Below are positions 37,843 through 52,801 of a DNA stretch of 64,000 nucleotides, in pieces. This stretch comes from Mobula hypostoma (Eukaryota). Both the position numbers and the translations under genes were made by a program. Under the pieces are notes generated by a model. That model saw only the letters and a program-made list of their open reading frames with translations, ran no database searches and was not told where the DNA came from. The stretch is taken from contig NC_086097.1 of the NCBI RefSeq assembly GCF_963921235.1, positions 154,568,001 through 154,632,000 on the forward strand, read 5' to 3'. Each line of letters starts with the position of its first letter. Position 1 is the first letter of the stretch.

Positions 37843-39270
37843 TGTGTCCAGCTGCAGCTCCTGACAAACTGAGTTAGGGAACTGGAGCTGGAGCTGGATG
37901 AACTTCGGATCATTCGGGAGGCAGAGGCAGAAATAGAGAGGAGTTACAGGGAGATAGTCACCCCTAAGAGTCAGGAGACAGGTAGCTAGGTGACTGTCAG
38001 GAGGGGGAAGGGGAACAGACAGAATGAGCAGAGCACCCCTGTGGCTGTTCCCACGAATAATATGTACATCGGTTTGGATACTGTTGGTGGGGATGACCTA
38101 CCAGGGACAAGTTGCAGTGGTTGCGTCTCTGGCACTGAGACGGGACCCTCAGCTCAGAAGGGAAGGAGGGAGAGAGAAGAGCAGTAGTGATAGGGGATTC
38201 GATAGTTAGGGGGACAGATAAGAGGTTCTGTGGAAGAGATCAAGAATCCCAGATGGTCTGTTGCCTCCCTGGTGCCAAAGTCTGCGATATCTCGGATCGA
38301 GTTCTCAGTATTCTCAAGAGGGAGGGTGAGCAGCCGGATGTCGTGGTCCATGTAGGGACCAATGATGTGAGTAGGAAGAGTGAGGAGGTCCTGAAAGGTG
38401 AGTTTAGGGAGTTAGGCACCAAGTTACAGGACAGGACCTCCAGGATTGCTACCAGTGCCACGTGCAGGTGGGTGTAGAAATAGTAAGATAGCACAGATCA
38501 ACACGTGGCTGAAGACATGGTGCAGGAGGGTTCAGATTTATAGATAATTGGGCAGTTTTCCAGGGAAGATGGGACCTGTTCCAGCAGGACGCTTTGCATC
38601 TGAACCGGAGGAGGACAGAAAGAAAGCTTTTGGTATGCTGGCCTTTATAAACCAGAGCATTGAGTATAGGAGTTGGAATGTAATGTTGAAATTGTACAAG
38701 GGATTGGTAAAGCCAAAATTTGGAGTATTGTGTACAGTTCTGGTCACTGAATTATAGGGAAGATGTCGACAAAATAGAGAGAGTTCAGGGGAGATTTACT
38801 AGAATGTTACCTGGGTTTCATCTCCTAAGTTACAGAGAAAGGTTGAACAAGTTGGGTCTTTATTCTTTGAAGCGTAGAAGGTTGACGGGGGACTTGATAG
38901 AGGCATTTAAAATTGCGGGGGGATTGATAGAGTTGACGTGGATAGGCTTTTTCCATTGAGAGTAGGGGAGATTCAAACAAGAGGACATGAGTTGAGAGTT
39001 AAAGGTCAAAAGTTTAGGGGTAACATGAGGGGGAACTTCTTTACTCAGAGAGTGGTAGATGTGTGGAATGAGCTTCCAGCAGAAGTGGTTGAGGCAGGTT
39101 CAGTGTTGTCATTTATAGTTAAATTGGATAACTATATGGACAGGAAAGGAATGGAGGGTTATGGACTGAGTGCAGGTCGGTGGGACTAGGTGAGAGTAAA
39201 CGTTTGGCACGGACTAGAAGGGCCAAGATAGCCTGTTTCTGTGCTGTAATTGTTATATGGTTATATGGTT
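37843..39270 (+). mobile_element. CR1 LINE, internally deleted (ORF1 SGNH esterase remnant joined to ORF2 3' end)
   Basis: ORF 38187..38477 has GDSIVRG...CLPGA...VVVHVGTND; ORFs at 38720-39189 have EYCVQFWS...NFFTQRVV; (ttatatgg)n tail. Confidence 0.88.
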
Positions 39271-39289
39271 AAATGCAGAAGATGAATTG

Positions 39290-42200
39290 TCAAGTCAAGT
39301 CACTTTTTATTATCATTTCAACTATATCTGCTGGTACAGAACATAGTAAAAATGAGACAACGTTTTCCAGGACCATGGTGCTACATGAAACAATACAAAA
39401 ACTACACTGAACTACGTAAGAAAAAACACAAAAGCTACACTAGACTACAGACCTATGCAGGACTGCATAAAGTGCACAAAACAGTGCAGACATTACAATA
39501 AATAATAATAAATAATAAACAAGACAGTAGGCACTGTAGAGGGCAGTAGGTTGGTGTCAAGCCAGGGTCTGTGTATTGAGGAGTCTGATGGCTTAGGGGA
39601 AGAAACTATTACATAGGCTGGTCATGACAGCCCAAATGCTTTGGTGCCTTTTTCCAGATGGCAGGAGAGAAAAGAGTTTATATGAGGGGTGCGTGGGATC
39701 CTTCATAATGCAGATGCGGCATGTGGTGTAAATGTTTGTAATGGCGGGAAGAGAGACCCCGATGATCTTCTCAGCTGACCTCACTATCCGCTGCAGGGTC
39801 TTGCGATCCGAGGTGGTACAATTTCCGAACCAGGCAGTGATGCAGCTGCTCAGGATGCTCTCAATACAACCTCTGTAGAATGTAGTGAGAATGGGGGGTG
39901 GGAGATGGACTTTTCTCAGCCTTCGCAGAAAGTAGAGATGCTGCTGGGATTTCTTTGCTATGGAGCTGGTGTTGAGGGACCAGGTGAGATTCTCCGCCAG
40001 GTGAATACCAAGAAATTTGGTGCTCTTAACGATCTCTACGGAGGAGTCATCGATGTTCAGCAGAGAGTGGTCGGTCCATGTCCTCCTGAAGTCAATAACC
40101 ATCTCTTTTGTTTTGTTCACATTCAGAGACAGGTTGTTGGCTGTGCACCAGACCATTAGCTGCAGAACCTCCTCTCTGTATGCTGACTCATCGTTCTTGC
40201 TGATGAGACCCACCACGGCCATGTCATCGGCGAACTTGATGATGTGCTTTGAGCTGTGTGTTGCAGCACAGTCGTGGGTTAGCAGAGTGAACAGCAGTGG
40301 ACTGAGCACACAGCCCTGGGGGGCCCCTGTGCTCAGTGTGATGGTGTTGGAGATGCTGCTACCAATTTGGACTGACTGAGATCTCCCAGTCAGGAAGCCG
40401 AGGATCCAGTTGCAGAGGGAGGTGTTCAGGCCCAGTAGGCTCAGCTTTCCAATCAGTTTCTGAGGAATGATTGTGTTGAATGCTGAACTGAAGTCTATGA
40501 ACAGCATTCGAACGTATGTGTCTTTTTTGTCCAGGTGGGTTAAGGCCAGTTGGAGGGTGATGGCAATGGCATCGTCTGTTGAACGGTTGGGACGGTACGT
40601 GAACTGCAGGGTGTCCAGTGAGGGGGGCAGCAGGGACTTGATGTGCCTCATGACGAGCCTCTTGAAACACTTCATGACGATGGATGTGAGTGCAACGGGA
40701 CGGTACTCATTGAGGCAGGACACTGAAGACTTCTTCGGCACGGGGACGATGGTGGCGGCCTTGAAGCATGTAGGAATGACGGCGCTGCTCAGGGAGATGT
40801 TGAAGATGTCAGTGAGAATATCTGCTAGCTGGTCTGCACATCCTCTAAGCACTCTGCCAGGAGTATTGTCTGGTCCAGCAGCCTTCCGTGGGTTGACCCT
40901 ACACAGGGTTCTCCTCACATCGGCCACAGTAAGACATAAGCACCTGGTCACTTGGAGGAGGGGTGGTCTTCCTTGCCGCCACGTCATCATCTGCCTCAAA
41001 CCGAACGTAGAAGTTGTTCAGCACATCTGGGAGGGAGGCATCGCCTACACAGTCAGGTGATGTCCTGTAGTTAGTGATCTCCTGAATGCCCTTCCACATG
41101 CACCGTGTGTCTCCACTGTCCTGGAAGTGGCTGTGGATTCACTGGGCATGTGCACACTTTGCCTCTCTGACGGCTCGGGACAGCTTGGCCCTCGCTGTTG
41201 TTACGTCTGCCTTGTCGCCTGTTCTGAAGGCGGAGTCACGGGTCCTCAGCAGCGCACACACCTCCGCGGTCATCCATGGGTTCTAGTTAGCGCGTGTAGT
41301 GATGGTCTTGGCCACGGTGACGTCATCGATGCACCTGCTGATGTAGCTAGTCACTGATGCCGTGTACTCCTCTAAGTTGGTAGAGTCGCCATCGGTTGCA
41401 GCCTCCCTGAACATGTGCCAGTCAGTGTGTCAAAGCAGTCTTGGAGAGCAGAGATGCCTCCTGCTGGCCAGGTTTTCACCTGCTTCTGAACTGGTCTGGA
41501 GCGCCTGACGAGCGGTCTGTATGCTGGGATTAGCATAACAGAACTGTGGTCTGAGTAACGGAGGTGGGGGCTGGACTCCACCCGGTACACGTCGGGAGTG
41601 TTTGTGTAAACAAGATCCAACGCATTCTCCCCCTCATTGCAAAGTCCACGTTCTGATGGAATCTGGGGAGCACTGACTTAAGGTTAGTGTGATTAAAATC
41701 TCCAGCGACAATAAACAGTCCATCAGGGTGTGCGTTCTGCAGTTCGCTAATAGCCCCATACAGTTCACAGAGCGCCTCCTTAGCATTAGCGCTGGGGGGA
41801 ATGTAGACACCAACTATAATTACAGTGGTGAATTCCCGTGGTAAATAAATTGGTCTGCATCTAACAGTCACAAACTCCACTAGCGATGAGCAGTATCTGG
41901 AAACCAGGTCAGAATTCTTGAACCATTCCGTATTGACGTAAACACACAAGCCACCACCGCGAATCTTACCGGAGAGAGCTGCATCTCTATCTGCTCGAAA
42001 CAAGACGAGCCTATACAGCTGAATGGCAGCATCCGAAATTCCGTTGCTGAGCCATGCCTCTGTAAAAACGTATGCACAGACGCGGACTAGCACGGACCCC
42101 TCTTGCTTGCCTTGCTTCCGCTTCCTCGCACATCGCTTTCTTCGGCCACTGTCATTAAGCGACATCAAGGATCCCCTCAACAAGCCGAGGCCACGTAATT
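39290..42200 (-). mobile_element. Rex1/Babar-like LINE, near full length (APE endonuclease plus RT)
   Basis: ORF 39593..40999 is 468 aa RT ([23 protein letters not shown]); ORF 41530..42276 is APE (VYIPP, GDFNH); (cttga)n tail. Confidence 0.9.
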
Positions 42201-43316
42201 TAACGTGTAATTGTGAAATGGAAATTGGAATAATCACACGGTTTTCAAACAATTCAAAAATGCACGAATAAAACATGGCGCTATACTGGAAACTTCTGCT
42301 GTCCCGTCTTGAAATTCTATATTAAAGACATGACATCTGTGCGATATATCAATTCCTTGCTTCAGTGAACAAAATTGATGTTTTTTTGCCCCGCTTTCAT
42401 TTACCATCAGACAGGAATAATTTATCCAAGGCTGCTTGTCAGTGCCATCAATTGCTTGGTGATAGTGAGATGTGTTCTTAGTGGGAACCTCTTTTTCTAT
42501 TTATTTCCTCTCTCTGCCTTTTTATCTATTTCATACATATATGCGTATTGATTTAGTTTTCCATGCAATGCTGCATCAACTAATACAGCAACTTCTTTTT
42601 GTTGCATATCCTCTGAGGAAGCTCAACAATCGTGTTTCATTTAGCCGTTTGAAAAAAGGTCCACTTTCTCTTATCCTGAAAGGAAATGCACCAAAGTATA
42701 GACACAAAGTTTCATTGTCATGGCCTGGAGGTTATAACTTCAGTACCTCAAAAGTAGCCAGATAAATAATTGATAATCAGCAGGGAAACTCATGAAAATT
42801 CTTCTTTCATCTCACCGCTTGCCTAGAAGCTGAGCTATTTAACAATTACAGCAACACGTTGCAGTCTTTGTTCTTTTACCAGATATTGAACTATATTTTA
42901 TAATAAGGAATCTGATGATTTTCAGGCTGCTATTAAAACCATGCTGCGAGAAACTCAAAGCTCCTACAGACATGCTTGGGTCACGATTTCATGGAGCTGC
43001 GCTTGCTATTTCAAATATAATGAGTCTTTATGACAGATTTCGAAATATATGTTCGTCTGCTAATAGGTTTCCCAAATATTAGTTCTTGTAAAGCTTTCCA
43101 TTAATGAAATAAGGAAACTCAAGTGATGCTATTTTGATCTAGAAATAATAGAAGAGCAATTTATGTTCACAAAGCAACTTTAATGTGGCTGAACATCCTC
43201 AAATGTTTTACATCCTTCTATCATTAAAGACAGCAAGGATTCTCTTTTTTGGAGTCTGACTGGAAACTGAAAGTAAACTTTCATTTTATATGGATGCAAA
43301 TCCAGGAGGCAGAAGT

Positions 43317-44530
43317 GTTTATGTTTTGAAACTCATCAAAAGAAAGAAAAACACAGGAGCCCAGGATACCATATATGCTTAGTTTTTACTTTAGTGAAGC
43401 GCATACTCATGACTTGATGGTGTAATGATATATGCCATTCAAGTATTTTGTACATATAATCTGTAATAAATTATGAAAATGAATGCTTAATCAAACAATA
43501 TATTTACAATGTTACTCAAATATTACTGAAGCGGTAAATACACAAACATGTTTTCCTGTTTTGCTATAAACTCCAACTCAATGCAGAATGCATATAATAT
43601 GTGATGTACTACATAATAAAAGTACTATAGAGATATCCACAGCAGAGTAAATTTTAAACCGTCCCATTCAGGGCTAAAGATTTAATCACTGTGGAGGGTT
43701 TTTACTCTTGTGGGATAACATCTTTCCTGACCGGAGGGGTAGGGTGGGGATCTAGGACACTCTGCTTGGCAGGAGAGACTTGTGGCAGTGAAACAATCTC
43801 ACTTTCTGGGCCCTCCTCTGTGGTGGTTGTAGAGTTGACTGTGGGACTGCAGGGAGTGGTTCAGACAGCTGTGGACACCTTTCTTCACCAACGATTGACT
43901 CTGCTTTCCTCAACTGATCATTGTGCCAACTCCTGATGGCATCAACCGCAATCTCCATTGTGTAAGGAGTGGTCCAGTTCTGTCCTTAATCTTTCCAAGT
44001 ATCCACTGTTGATCACCTCTGTAGTCCCTCACCAGGACTGCATGTCCAGGAGTGAGACATGGAACCTCTTTGTTTCAGATGACATAACTGCACCTAGCCC
44101 ACAAAGGCGAGACATCACAGGCAAACTTCACTGGACAGTGTGGATCATAATGTATGAGTACAGTGTCTGATGTCACCATTTCTTTTATCTTTTGCAAAAC
44201 CACCTCACACTGCTTTGACAATTGCCATTCCTTCCTGACCTGTAATATTAAGTTTATGGGGTAGAGCACAGTAGCCAGGTTTGGCAGGAACCTGTTTTAA
44301 TAACTGACAAACACAACTGTAACTCATCCCTTGGCCTTGGGGCATCCACCACTGCTTGAATTTTCTCAGCACACTTGTGTAATCTTTGTGCATCAATCGT
44401 GTGACCACTGTAAATGATGCTAGATTATAAAGAATTCACAGCTGTCGCATTATGTTCTGAGCCCATAATCCTCTAATCTTTTTAGCACAGTCTTAAGGTT
44501 TTGGCAATTTGCCTTAGTATGGTTAACAAA
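43317..44530 (-). mobile_element. Decayed Gypsy LTR retrotransposon fragment with LTR
   Basis: ORF 44075..44269 contains LIHYDPHCPVKFACDVSP (RT-RNaseH junction); TG...CA LTR-like segment at 43317-43548. Confidence 0.65.
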
Positions 44531-47089
44531 GCTCGCTTTCCCTCTTTCCTGAATATCTGCCACTGCAAAAGATACTGATCATTCTTGGGTATGAGAGTCA
44601 CAGATTTCAATTGTGTTTTGTTATCATCCCTATTGGTTGCTCTTATTTCTGAGGTAGACGATCAGCTTCAGGAGGCCATTTTGCATAATGTACAATTTGT
44701 ATTATCAGTGAACCTGACCCTATCCTCATCTAGTATCCATGGATATGGACTTCCCAATATAGAGTGAGAAATATGGGTTTTTCATCATCCCTGATTCAAG
44801 GGTATTGAGGCCAATTGAGACCAGTGGGAAGCATCTACTTAGCTAGGAACACTGGACCCTATCTGATTATGCTACCAGATAATGTATTTCCTTCTTGGTC
44901 ATTAATTCTTAACAGCAAAGGAAAGATAAATGTGGTGGATTGCGGTTTACAAGAAGCCAATAACTAATGCATGAGGCAATTTTTCAGCTTTTCAACCTTT
45001 CACCTGTTCCATTTAGATGGTTAATCTGCAACAGATTGAGCTGCACATTTAGTTTTAATCATACATATTGGTATTTGTAATAAAATGGCTATTAGCCATC
45101 AAATTGGGATTTACAAGACAATGTAAAGTCCTCCAGGCAACATAAAAAATTCTCATTATTTAACCTTTAAATGTCTGCTTCTAAGCTTCCAGCATAAAAA
45201 AAGCAAATAACGTTGCATCGGAGTGCTATTGATGTAGCATATGTTTTAATGTCACTTATAATTGTAGTTCATATTTGCTGAGCAAAATTGAATTTAATTT
45301 TCAATATTCTTGCACAAAGTAATGATCAATCTTGTGACTTTCTAGTCTTGAAATCTTTTCACCACTGCCAACGTTCTAACGACATTTGATATAGATAATT
45401 TCCAACCAAGTAAGGTTGTTAAAGTAAATTTAATATAAAGGGGGTAGATGTAGGCGCGTTTGTTTGTGTCTCAATTTCTGGTCTGTAGAACAGCTAATAA
45501 ATGGTTGTGCTTTCAAAAATGAGGCTTTTTAAACCAATTTCAATTTACAAGGTGAATGTTTCCATTTAAAACAGGTAGGGGCCTTATTAAAATATTTAAA
45601 TAAGGGAACTCAGCCACATTTAGGACTCCAAAGCAGATCTCTCTTTCTCTGAACATGTTCCAGAGTAAAGGAACTGACAAATTTTCCAATGAATTTTTCT
45701 GTCTAGACAAAAAAAAATGTGGTCTCACCAACGATTGTGTCTCATAACTTCCTGAAAACCATCTGGCTCGATACAGACACAGTTCATGATTCCCTCACCC
45801 AAAGCTGGTGAAAATGATAATCAAACTATTCTCAAATGCTCTTCTGCAATGATTTTAATTGCCATATAATTTGGATGGTTATGTATTTATTCTGTCCATA
45901 TGCCAACAAAGAAAGCGAAATGAAGTTGATTAATTGCTTCAAAACAGACAACAAAGCTCTCGGAAAATTTGGCAATTCCAAAGCTCCCATTACAATTCTT
46001 ATACGTCAAGATACAATGTTAACAATCATTGTTGCAAGAACAGTAGGTAGAGTGGGAAAAGTATCACTGTAACAGAATAAAATGTCAAGACTGGTTTGCA
46101 CTGAAAAGTAGGGAAGTGAGAGAGAATGCATGTTGATGGAAATGGGAAGAAAAGGAAGTCCAATTGTGATGAAGGGAAGTGAACCCTAAGAGAAGCATCG
46201 GTGAATAAGAGCACTGTTTGGCATAGAGCTTGTCAAGGAAAGCACAAGAGGAAATATAAGCACAGAGCTGAAGTGTGTGCCCATGTGAGACTGAACAGAA
46301 AGGAAACAGTAAGCATAAATTATAAGAACATACTGAAATACACTGGGATGTCTTCGTGAAATGGGAATGCTGGTGGAAAAAAAAATGGAATAAAAACATT
46401 TTGTAAGAAGGCCTTTTCAAAGGAAAATGAAGCCTTATAATCTGGAATAGAAACAGAAAATGCTAGCTGGATCTCAGTTCCAAGACAATGACAGTTTCTC
46501 TTTCAATAAATGCTACCTGACTGGCTGAGATTTTACAGTGATTCCGTTTTTTTTTTAATTTCAGATTTCTAGCATCTGCATTTTTGTTAAATTTTCATTT
46601 ACTTATGATCTACGGGCATTGGATGGGAAGCGGGTAAATATCTATTGATTTGGTTATAAAAATAAAGCCTAATTTTTCAAGGAGAGCCGAGCTGCCCCCT
46701 TCCCAATACTTGGAAGAACTAAGTGCATTGATATTTTGTTGCTTTCTAAATTGCGCCTTCTGAGTTTCTCCGCATGCATTTGGGCTGAAAAATGTAGCAC
46801 AGACTTTCCAACGGCTTATGGACTCTGTATTAAAAGACTTAGATTTTTTTTTGTTTACCTGGATGACAACCTGTCACCAGTGCATCCAAATCTGAACATG
46901 TATCTCATCTCTGCACACTTTTCAAATGCTTAAGCTAACACGGGTTGATTATTAACCCTGCTAAATGCCAGTTTGGGTTGTCACTCATCGACTTTCTCAG
47001 CCATCACATTTCCGCAGAAGGTGCAAAAACCCTCTCATCAAAAGTATGGATTTCCCACCACCCCGAACTACTAAAAAAACTATTTGTGA

Positions 47090-48950
47090 GGCCATACACA
47101 TAGGGGTTGACTATGCCAGCATAGCAGCAATAAACTAAAGGCCCAGAGGTCCAGGCTTACCGAACAGCAGTCATGGGCCTGCAGTTGGCTGACATTATGC
47201 TCAGGGAAGCTGGGGTTTCTTTCCTATGCAAAGCCTCAACTGATCACCTTTGCCCCATAGTGCCGGCAAAATGGAGGCGGACTGTTTTTGACTCCATACA
47301 TGACCTCTCACATCCGGGCAGGAAGGCCTCACAGAAACTGGTTGTACTAAAGTGTTGTGGCACAGCCTTAGAAAGGATGTACATGATTGGACTGCAGCCT
47401 GTGTGGAGTGCCAGAGGGCAAAAATTAACCATCATGTTCAGGCACCATTGGCACCTTTTGAGGTCCCTGAGTGACGGTTTGACCATGTCAATGTGAAACT
47501 TTTTTGGTCTTCTTTCCCCCACTCACACCAGCACTGGCCAACTGGACCGTACCACCAGGTGGCCGGTGGTCATCCCTCTAGCATCGACAACGGCCACAGA
47601 TGTAGCTCGGGCATTCATCAGCACCTGAGTTTCTCCCATATGATATTTCCTCACTGACTGCGGTCCCTAAATCATATCAGACATTTTACAAGGATGTTGC
47701 CAGGTCTGGAGGACCGGAGTTATAGGAAAGGATCAATAGGTTACGACTGTATTCTTCAGAATGTAAAAAATTGTGAGGAGATTTGATAGAGGTTTTCAAA
47801 ATTATGAGAGGTATAAATAGGGTAAATGCAAGCAGTCTTTTTCCACTGTTGCTTGGGACTATAACCACAGGTCATGGGTTAAGGGTGAAAGGTGAGAAGT
47901 TTAAGGGGAACATGAGGGGAAACTGCTTATTTCAGAGAGTTGTGTGAGTGTTAAATGAGCTGCCAGCACAAATGGTGCATGCAACGTTTAAGAGAAATTT
48001 GGATAGTTTGGAGAGCTATAGTCCCAGTGCAGGTTGATGGAAGTAGGCTGTTTAAATGGTTTGGGCATAAACTAGATGAGCTGGTGGGCCTGTTTCTGTG
48101 CTGTATTTCTCAATGACTCTATGGGCTGCGATGGCCGAGAATCTCAGCATTAGGCTACATCACACCACAGTGTATTACCCACAGTCCAATGCCCATGCAA
48201 GTGGTTTCACTACTCTTAAAAGCTGCTATGAGGGCCTCCCTGACAGACAAGTGTCTCCCATAGGTCCTGCTGGGGTTCTGAGCAGCTCCCAAAGAGGACC
48301 TGCAGTCATCTGCGGCTGAGTTGGTATACAGGCAGGCGTTACACGTGCCAGGTGATTTTATTACTGATGCCATGTTTGCCTTTCACCAGCGTTCCACCCT
48401 CCTCAGTAAATTCAATTCCTTTTTACCTATTCCTACCTCCCATCATAGCATACAGCACTCTTGGGATCCTTTTGACCTATATTCTACATCATTCCACCTT
48501 GATGTACATCAACATCCCCTTAGGTCCCTTAAGATGGTTCATTCCGTGTCTTGGAATAGGGAGAAATTATTTTTATTACAGATAACCCTGAATGTACAGT
48601 ATTTTGGTAGATTGCCTCAAACTGGTTTACCAAGATTTGGAGGATTCAGCTATCATGCCCCTGGCGTCATAACGTAACTTTGAATGAGCATCAGAACAAA
48701 CCTCTGTATGAGCCAGAGGCCTCTGTTTTTCCTCTACCCATGGAACATAGGACCCCTGCTGGCAGCTCATCCGTGCTCCTGACGGGCCCATGGTGTCGAA
48801 AACATACAGCGGTGTTCCAGAGCATCTTGTTTTGAGAGATTGACAGTAAAGGTGAATGTTGACTGCATAGGTATACTGGTTAAAAATGGCACACCAAGGG
48901 AAAAAGATACAGAGAAGTTCAGATACATGCTGCAACACAATCAAATTGCA
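47090..48950 (+). mobile_element. Decayed Gypsy integrase region with nested CR1 3' fragment (about 47687-48120)
   Basis: PIVPAKWRRTVFDSIHDLSHPGRKASQKLV (integrase zinc-finger region); HHTTVYYPQSN motif in ORF 48098..48319. Confidence 0.75.
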
Positions 48951-49144
48951 CTTGAGAAAATGAGGAAAGAATGATGAAGTGAATCATGCTTTTTTTATAT
49001 ATAGCATTGGATTAAGAATGACTCATTTATTCTATTTTAGCCGGAAGATAAAATGGAGACAATAATTTCATTCAAATGAGATATTGCATGCTCATGGTCT
49101 GGAACATACCAGTGTAATAATTTTACAACCATTTCTTCTTGAAG

Positions 49145-49180
49145 GGTCCCCCTGGTGTTCCTGGTCCAGAAGGTCCACCA
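49145..49180 (+). CDS. COL9A1-like: 36-nt Gly-X-Y exon (GPPGVPGPEGPP)
   Basis: cttcttgaag acceptor, gtaagt donor. Confidence 0.92.
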
Positions 49181-51322
49181 GTAAGTATTAATCTTTACTC
49201 TTGCACAGTGCAATCTTCATTGGGGTTCCTCTAACTGAAGAATGATAGGGAACTGATAAAATGATACTGAACCAACGTACAATCTACTGTAAATTAGTCT
49301 AGTGTCTACAGAGTAGACAGCAGAATCTTAATATAGACCTTATAATTCACGCTGTGTCACATCAAGGACTTGCCTGGAAGATACAGAAAATACTCTTGAG
49401 GATTTTCTCAAAGCCACTTTCAAACAAAATTAAACAACTTGCTGATTTGTTGCAATCTTGTGCCCATGACTAATCAAAATGGAGAGATAGCATGCATGAT
49501 TTCACTGGAAACCTTGAGAACCACAGCAAAAAGGGTGCACTATCTCCTTCTCGGAGACCTCTGGCAAAATCTGTGAACCCCAAGTTGACTTAATTAGGCA
49601 CATCAGAACAAGCAAATCATTCTCAATTGTAAACATCTGCCTAAATTGGCAAAAAGTAATTGATACTGAGGTGGAAACAAATACAGTATGATTCATAAAT
49701 ATGACAAGCTACTTTAAAATGGTTGGCACAAAAATGATTATGATCTATGAAGTTAGGAATAGCATTCCTTTGGGTCTATGGTAAGAGTACAGTATATTAA
49801 GCTTAGTAAATGTTCCCCATTTGCCTATCTTCATGCCATGTCATTCATTCGTTTTACAACCACTTGTATTTAAATAAAGACTCAAGACTCTGCATGCAGT
49901 GTGGCAGCCTGAAACGTGGACAATGCCTTCCCTGCCACCCCTGACGGATTCTGAATGAGCTTTGAGTTTCTTGCAGCAGGTTATTTGTTGCATTTAAATA
50001 ACATGGTTAGCATCTCTTGGAGCTCCACAGAAACACAAAATAAAGAATAACCTGATGTAAGCATGGAAGCATTAGGACTTTTTTTCTGATAATCTTAATA
50101 GAACATTTTATAGTAAATCTAACTTTCATTCTCTCTTTGACATCATTTTCCTTAATCATAGTACTTGAATCCTTTATCATGAAGACCAATTCAACTACTC
50201 AGTTTTATTAAACCCCACTCAAACCACAGTGTCTCAAAGTTTAACAAGAGACCAGAGGTTATTTGTACACATATTACAAGTTATGATCCTCACATTAACT
50301 GACTATTGGATAAACACACACGTTATTTCCCAACAAAGTGTGATGACTGAGGAAATCAGCAGCTGTATTGCTACCAACCACTATAATTCCACAAGGGACT
50401 GCACGTTGATAAAATGCAATGGTTCAGTTTCTCTGCAATTCTTGATAAATGGCAGGCAGTTGCATGCAGTGAGTTCTTAATATTGCCTTACTTCACATTT
50501 TTTTTCTATTTGGGGCATTTTGGAATTTTCCCAATGAAAATACTGAGATAGCCACAGTGCATGGGTGAGCCAAACAGAAGGTTGGAAGTCAAGAAAAGAT
50601 GGAGCTTAACCAGTGTATTTATTCTCTGGCTTTGCCAATAGACTCAGCATCAAGTCCAGGGGCAGATCTTAGAGCTTAAATGTAATGGATTGAGGCACAA
50701 AATGCAAGTTGTACTTTCACAAAATGTGTTGCCACCTACTCCTTTAAATAGTCACCAAATTAGATTACAAATGTTAATCTACATAAGTAGTTTAATTTTT
50801 TGTTTCATTAATGAATTACTAAATTTCAATCAATTAAATTTATTTTTATTCCATCACTTAAAATGTGTTTTAAATATATATGGTATCTAGCACTTTATTT
50901 TCTTATATTTTCTACTTTATTTAAATTTACAACTCTTTGAATGAATCTGACTGTCAGTTAAATTTTAAAATAGTCCAGCTGGCTTTTGGCAGAAGTGAAA
51001 TGTCAACAGACATTGGGGCTCTGGTCAGGTGGCAAAATCTGCCACCTGAGATTGAAAAACTATTTGGGACAGCTCCACTTCCCTGTATGATAGTAGTAGT
51101 GAGGCTTGAACTCGACTGATATCATACGATACAGGAATGGGCTGGATTCAACATATGATTGATTTTGGCTGCTACCTTTACCCAAGTCATAAGTAATGCA
51201 CGGAAACACGTGTCTGAGTACCACAGCGAAGAATTTAGAAAATCACTTTACATTTAGAATGTAAAATATAATCAATAATTTGGATATTTTAATAAATGTT
51301 TATATTTCATGTATTTCCATAG

Positions 51323-51346
51323 GGAGTATCAAAAATTGGAAACCCA
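51323..51346 (+). CDS. COL9A1-like: 24-nt exon with helix imperfection (GVSKIGNP)
   Basis: tttccatag acceptor, gtgagt donor; an 8-codon exon follows the 36-nt exon in collagen IX genes (recalled). Confidence 0.75.
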
Positions 51347-52386
51347 GTGAGTAAACAACACTATTTTGTGATATTACCTAACCTTATTCTAGAACCATTT
51401 TGTAAAATCGGTATTGTTTAAAAATTAGATATTCAATGCATAATATGATCAATAATTTCTTTCCATCATTGTGAGAATTTTATGTGGTATGGCGGTAATT
51501 AATTCCAGTAGGCCTTTTCCACATTTAAAGTCACAGAGTCATAAAACACAACAGCACAGCAACAGGCTATTTGACCCATCTCGTCTGTGCTGAACAATTA
51601 ATCTGCCAATTCCCATCATCCTGTACCCAGACCATAGCCCCCATACCCCTCTCTTCCATGTACCAATTCAAATTTCTCTTAGATGTTGAAATCAATCCCG
51701 TATCTACCGCTTGCACTAGCAGCTCGTTTCACACTCTCACCACCCTCTGAGTGAAGAAGATCCCCCATATTTCACTTAAAAATTTCACCTTTCACCCTTA
51801 ACTCATGATCTCTGGTTGGAGTCTCAGCAAACTTGGTGGAAAATGCCTGCTTGCATTTGTCTCATCTGTTACACTTATAATTTTGTATACTGTACCTCTA
51901 TCAAATCTCCTCTCAGTCTTCTATGTTCTAGGGAATAAAATCCTAACTTATTCAACCTTTCCCTATAACTCAGGTTATCAAGTCCCGGCAACATCCTTGT
52001 CAATTTTCTCTGTACTCTTTCACTCTTAATTGCATCTTTCTTATAGATAGGTGACTGAAACTGCACACAATCCTCCAAATTAGGCCTCACCAATACATTC
52101 AATTTCAACATATCATCCAACTCCTGTATTCATTACATTGATTTATGGAGGCCAATGTGCCAAAAGCTCTTTTTATGACTCTTATCTACCTGAAGTTCCA
52201 CTTGCAAAGAACTGATAGATCTGTATTCCCAGATCCCTCTCTTCTACTGCACTGCTCAATGCCCTGCCACTCATGCTGGTCGGTCCTCTCATAGTCTTCC
52301 TCGCTATCCACTACACCTCCAATCTCGGTGTCATCCACAGATTTGCTGATCCAGTTTACCACATTATCATCCAGATCACTGATATA

Positions 52387-52801
52387 CAGTGCTGTGCAAA
52401 AGTCTTAGGCATCCTAGGTTTTATGTGATTTCAGATGGTATGGCTTCCACAAACCCTGATCCCAACATCATCAAGGCTGTCTGGGATTACCTGGAGAGAC
52501 AGAAGCAAGCAAGATAGATGAAGTATGCAGCAGAACTGTGGCAAGTTCTCCAAGATATTTAGAACTACCTGCCAGCCATTTTTTTAAATATAAAACTGCA
52601 CAACAGTGTACCTAAGAGAACTGATGCAGTTTAAAGGCAAAGGGTAATCGCACCACATATTGAATTGATTTAGTTTTTTTACTGTTGCCTGTTCTTTATA
52701 GTTTTTTTTTAATTGTAGAAACTTTTCATTTCATTATTTTTGAAAGCATCTTTGCTTTACGGAATTTGTTTACACGTGCCAAAGGCTTTTGGACAGTACT
52801 G
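52387..52801 (+). mobile_element. Tc1-like non-autonomous element
   Basis: TA TSD; TIRs CAGTGCTGTGCAAAAGTCTTAGGCA / TGCCAAAGGCTTTTGGACAGTACTG; remnant of the WPPQSPDLNxIExxW motif near 52440-52500. Confidence 0.85.
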
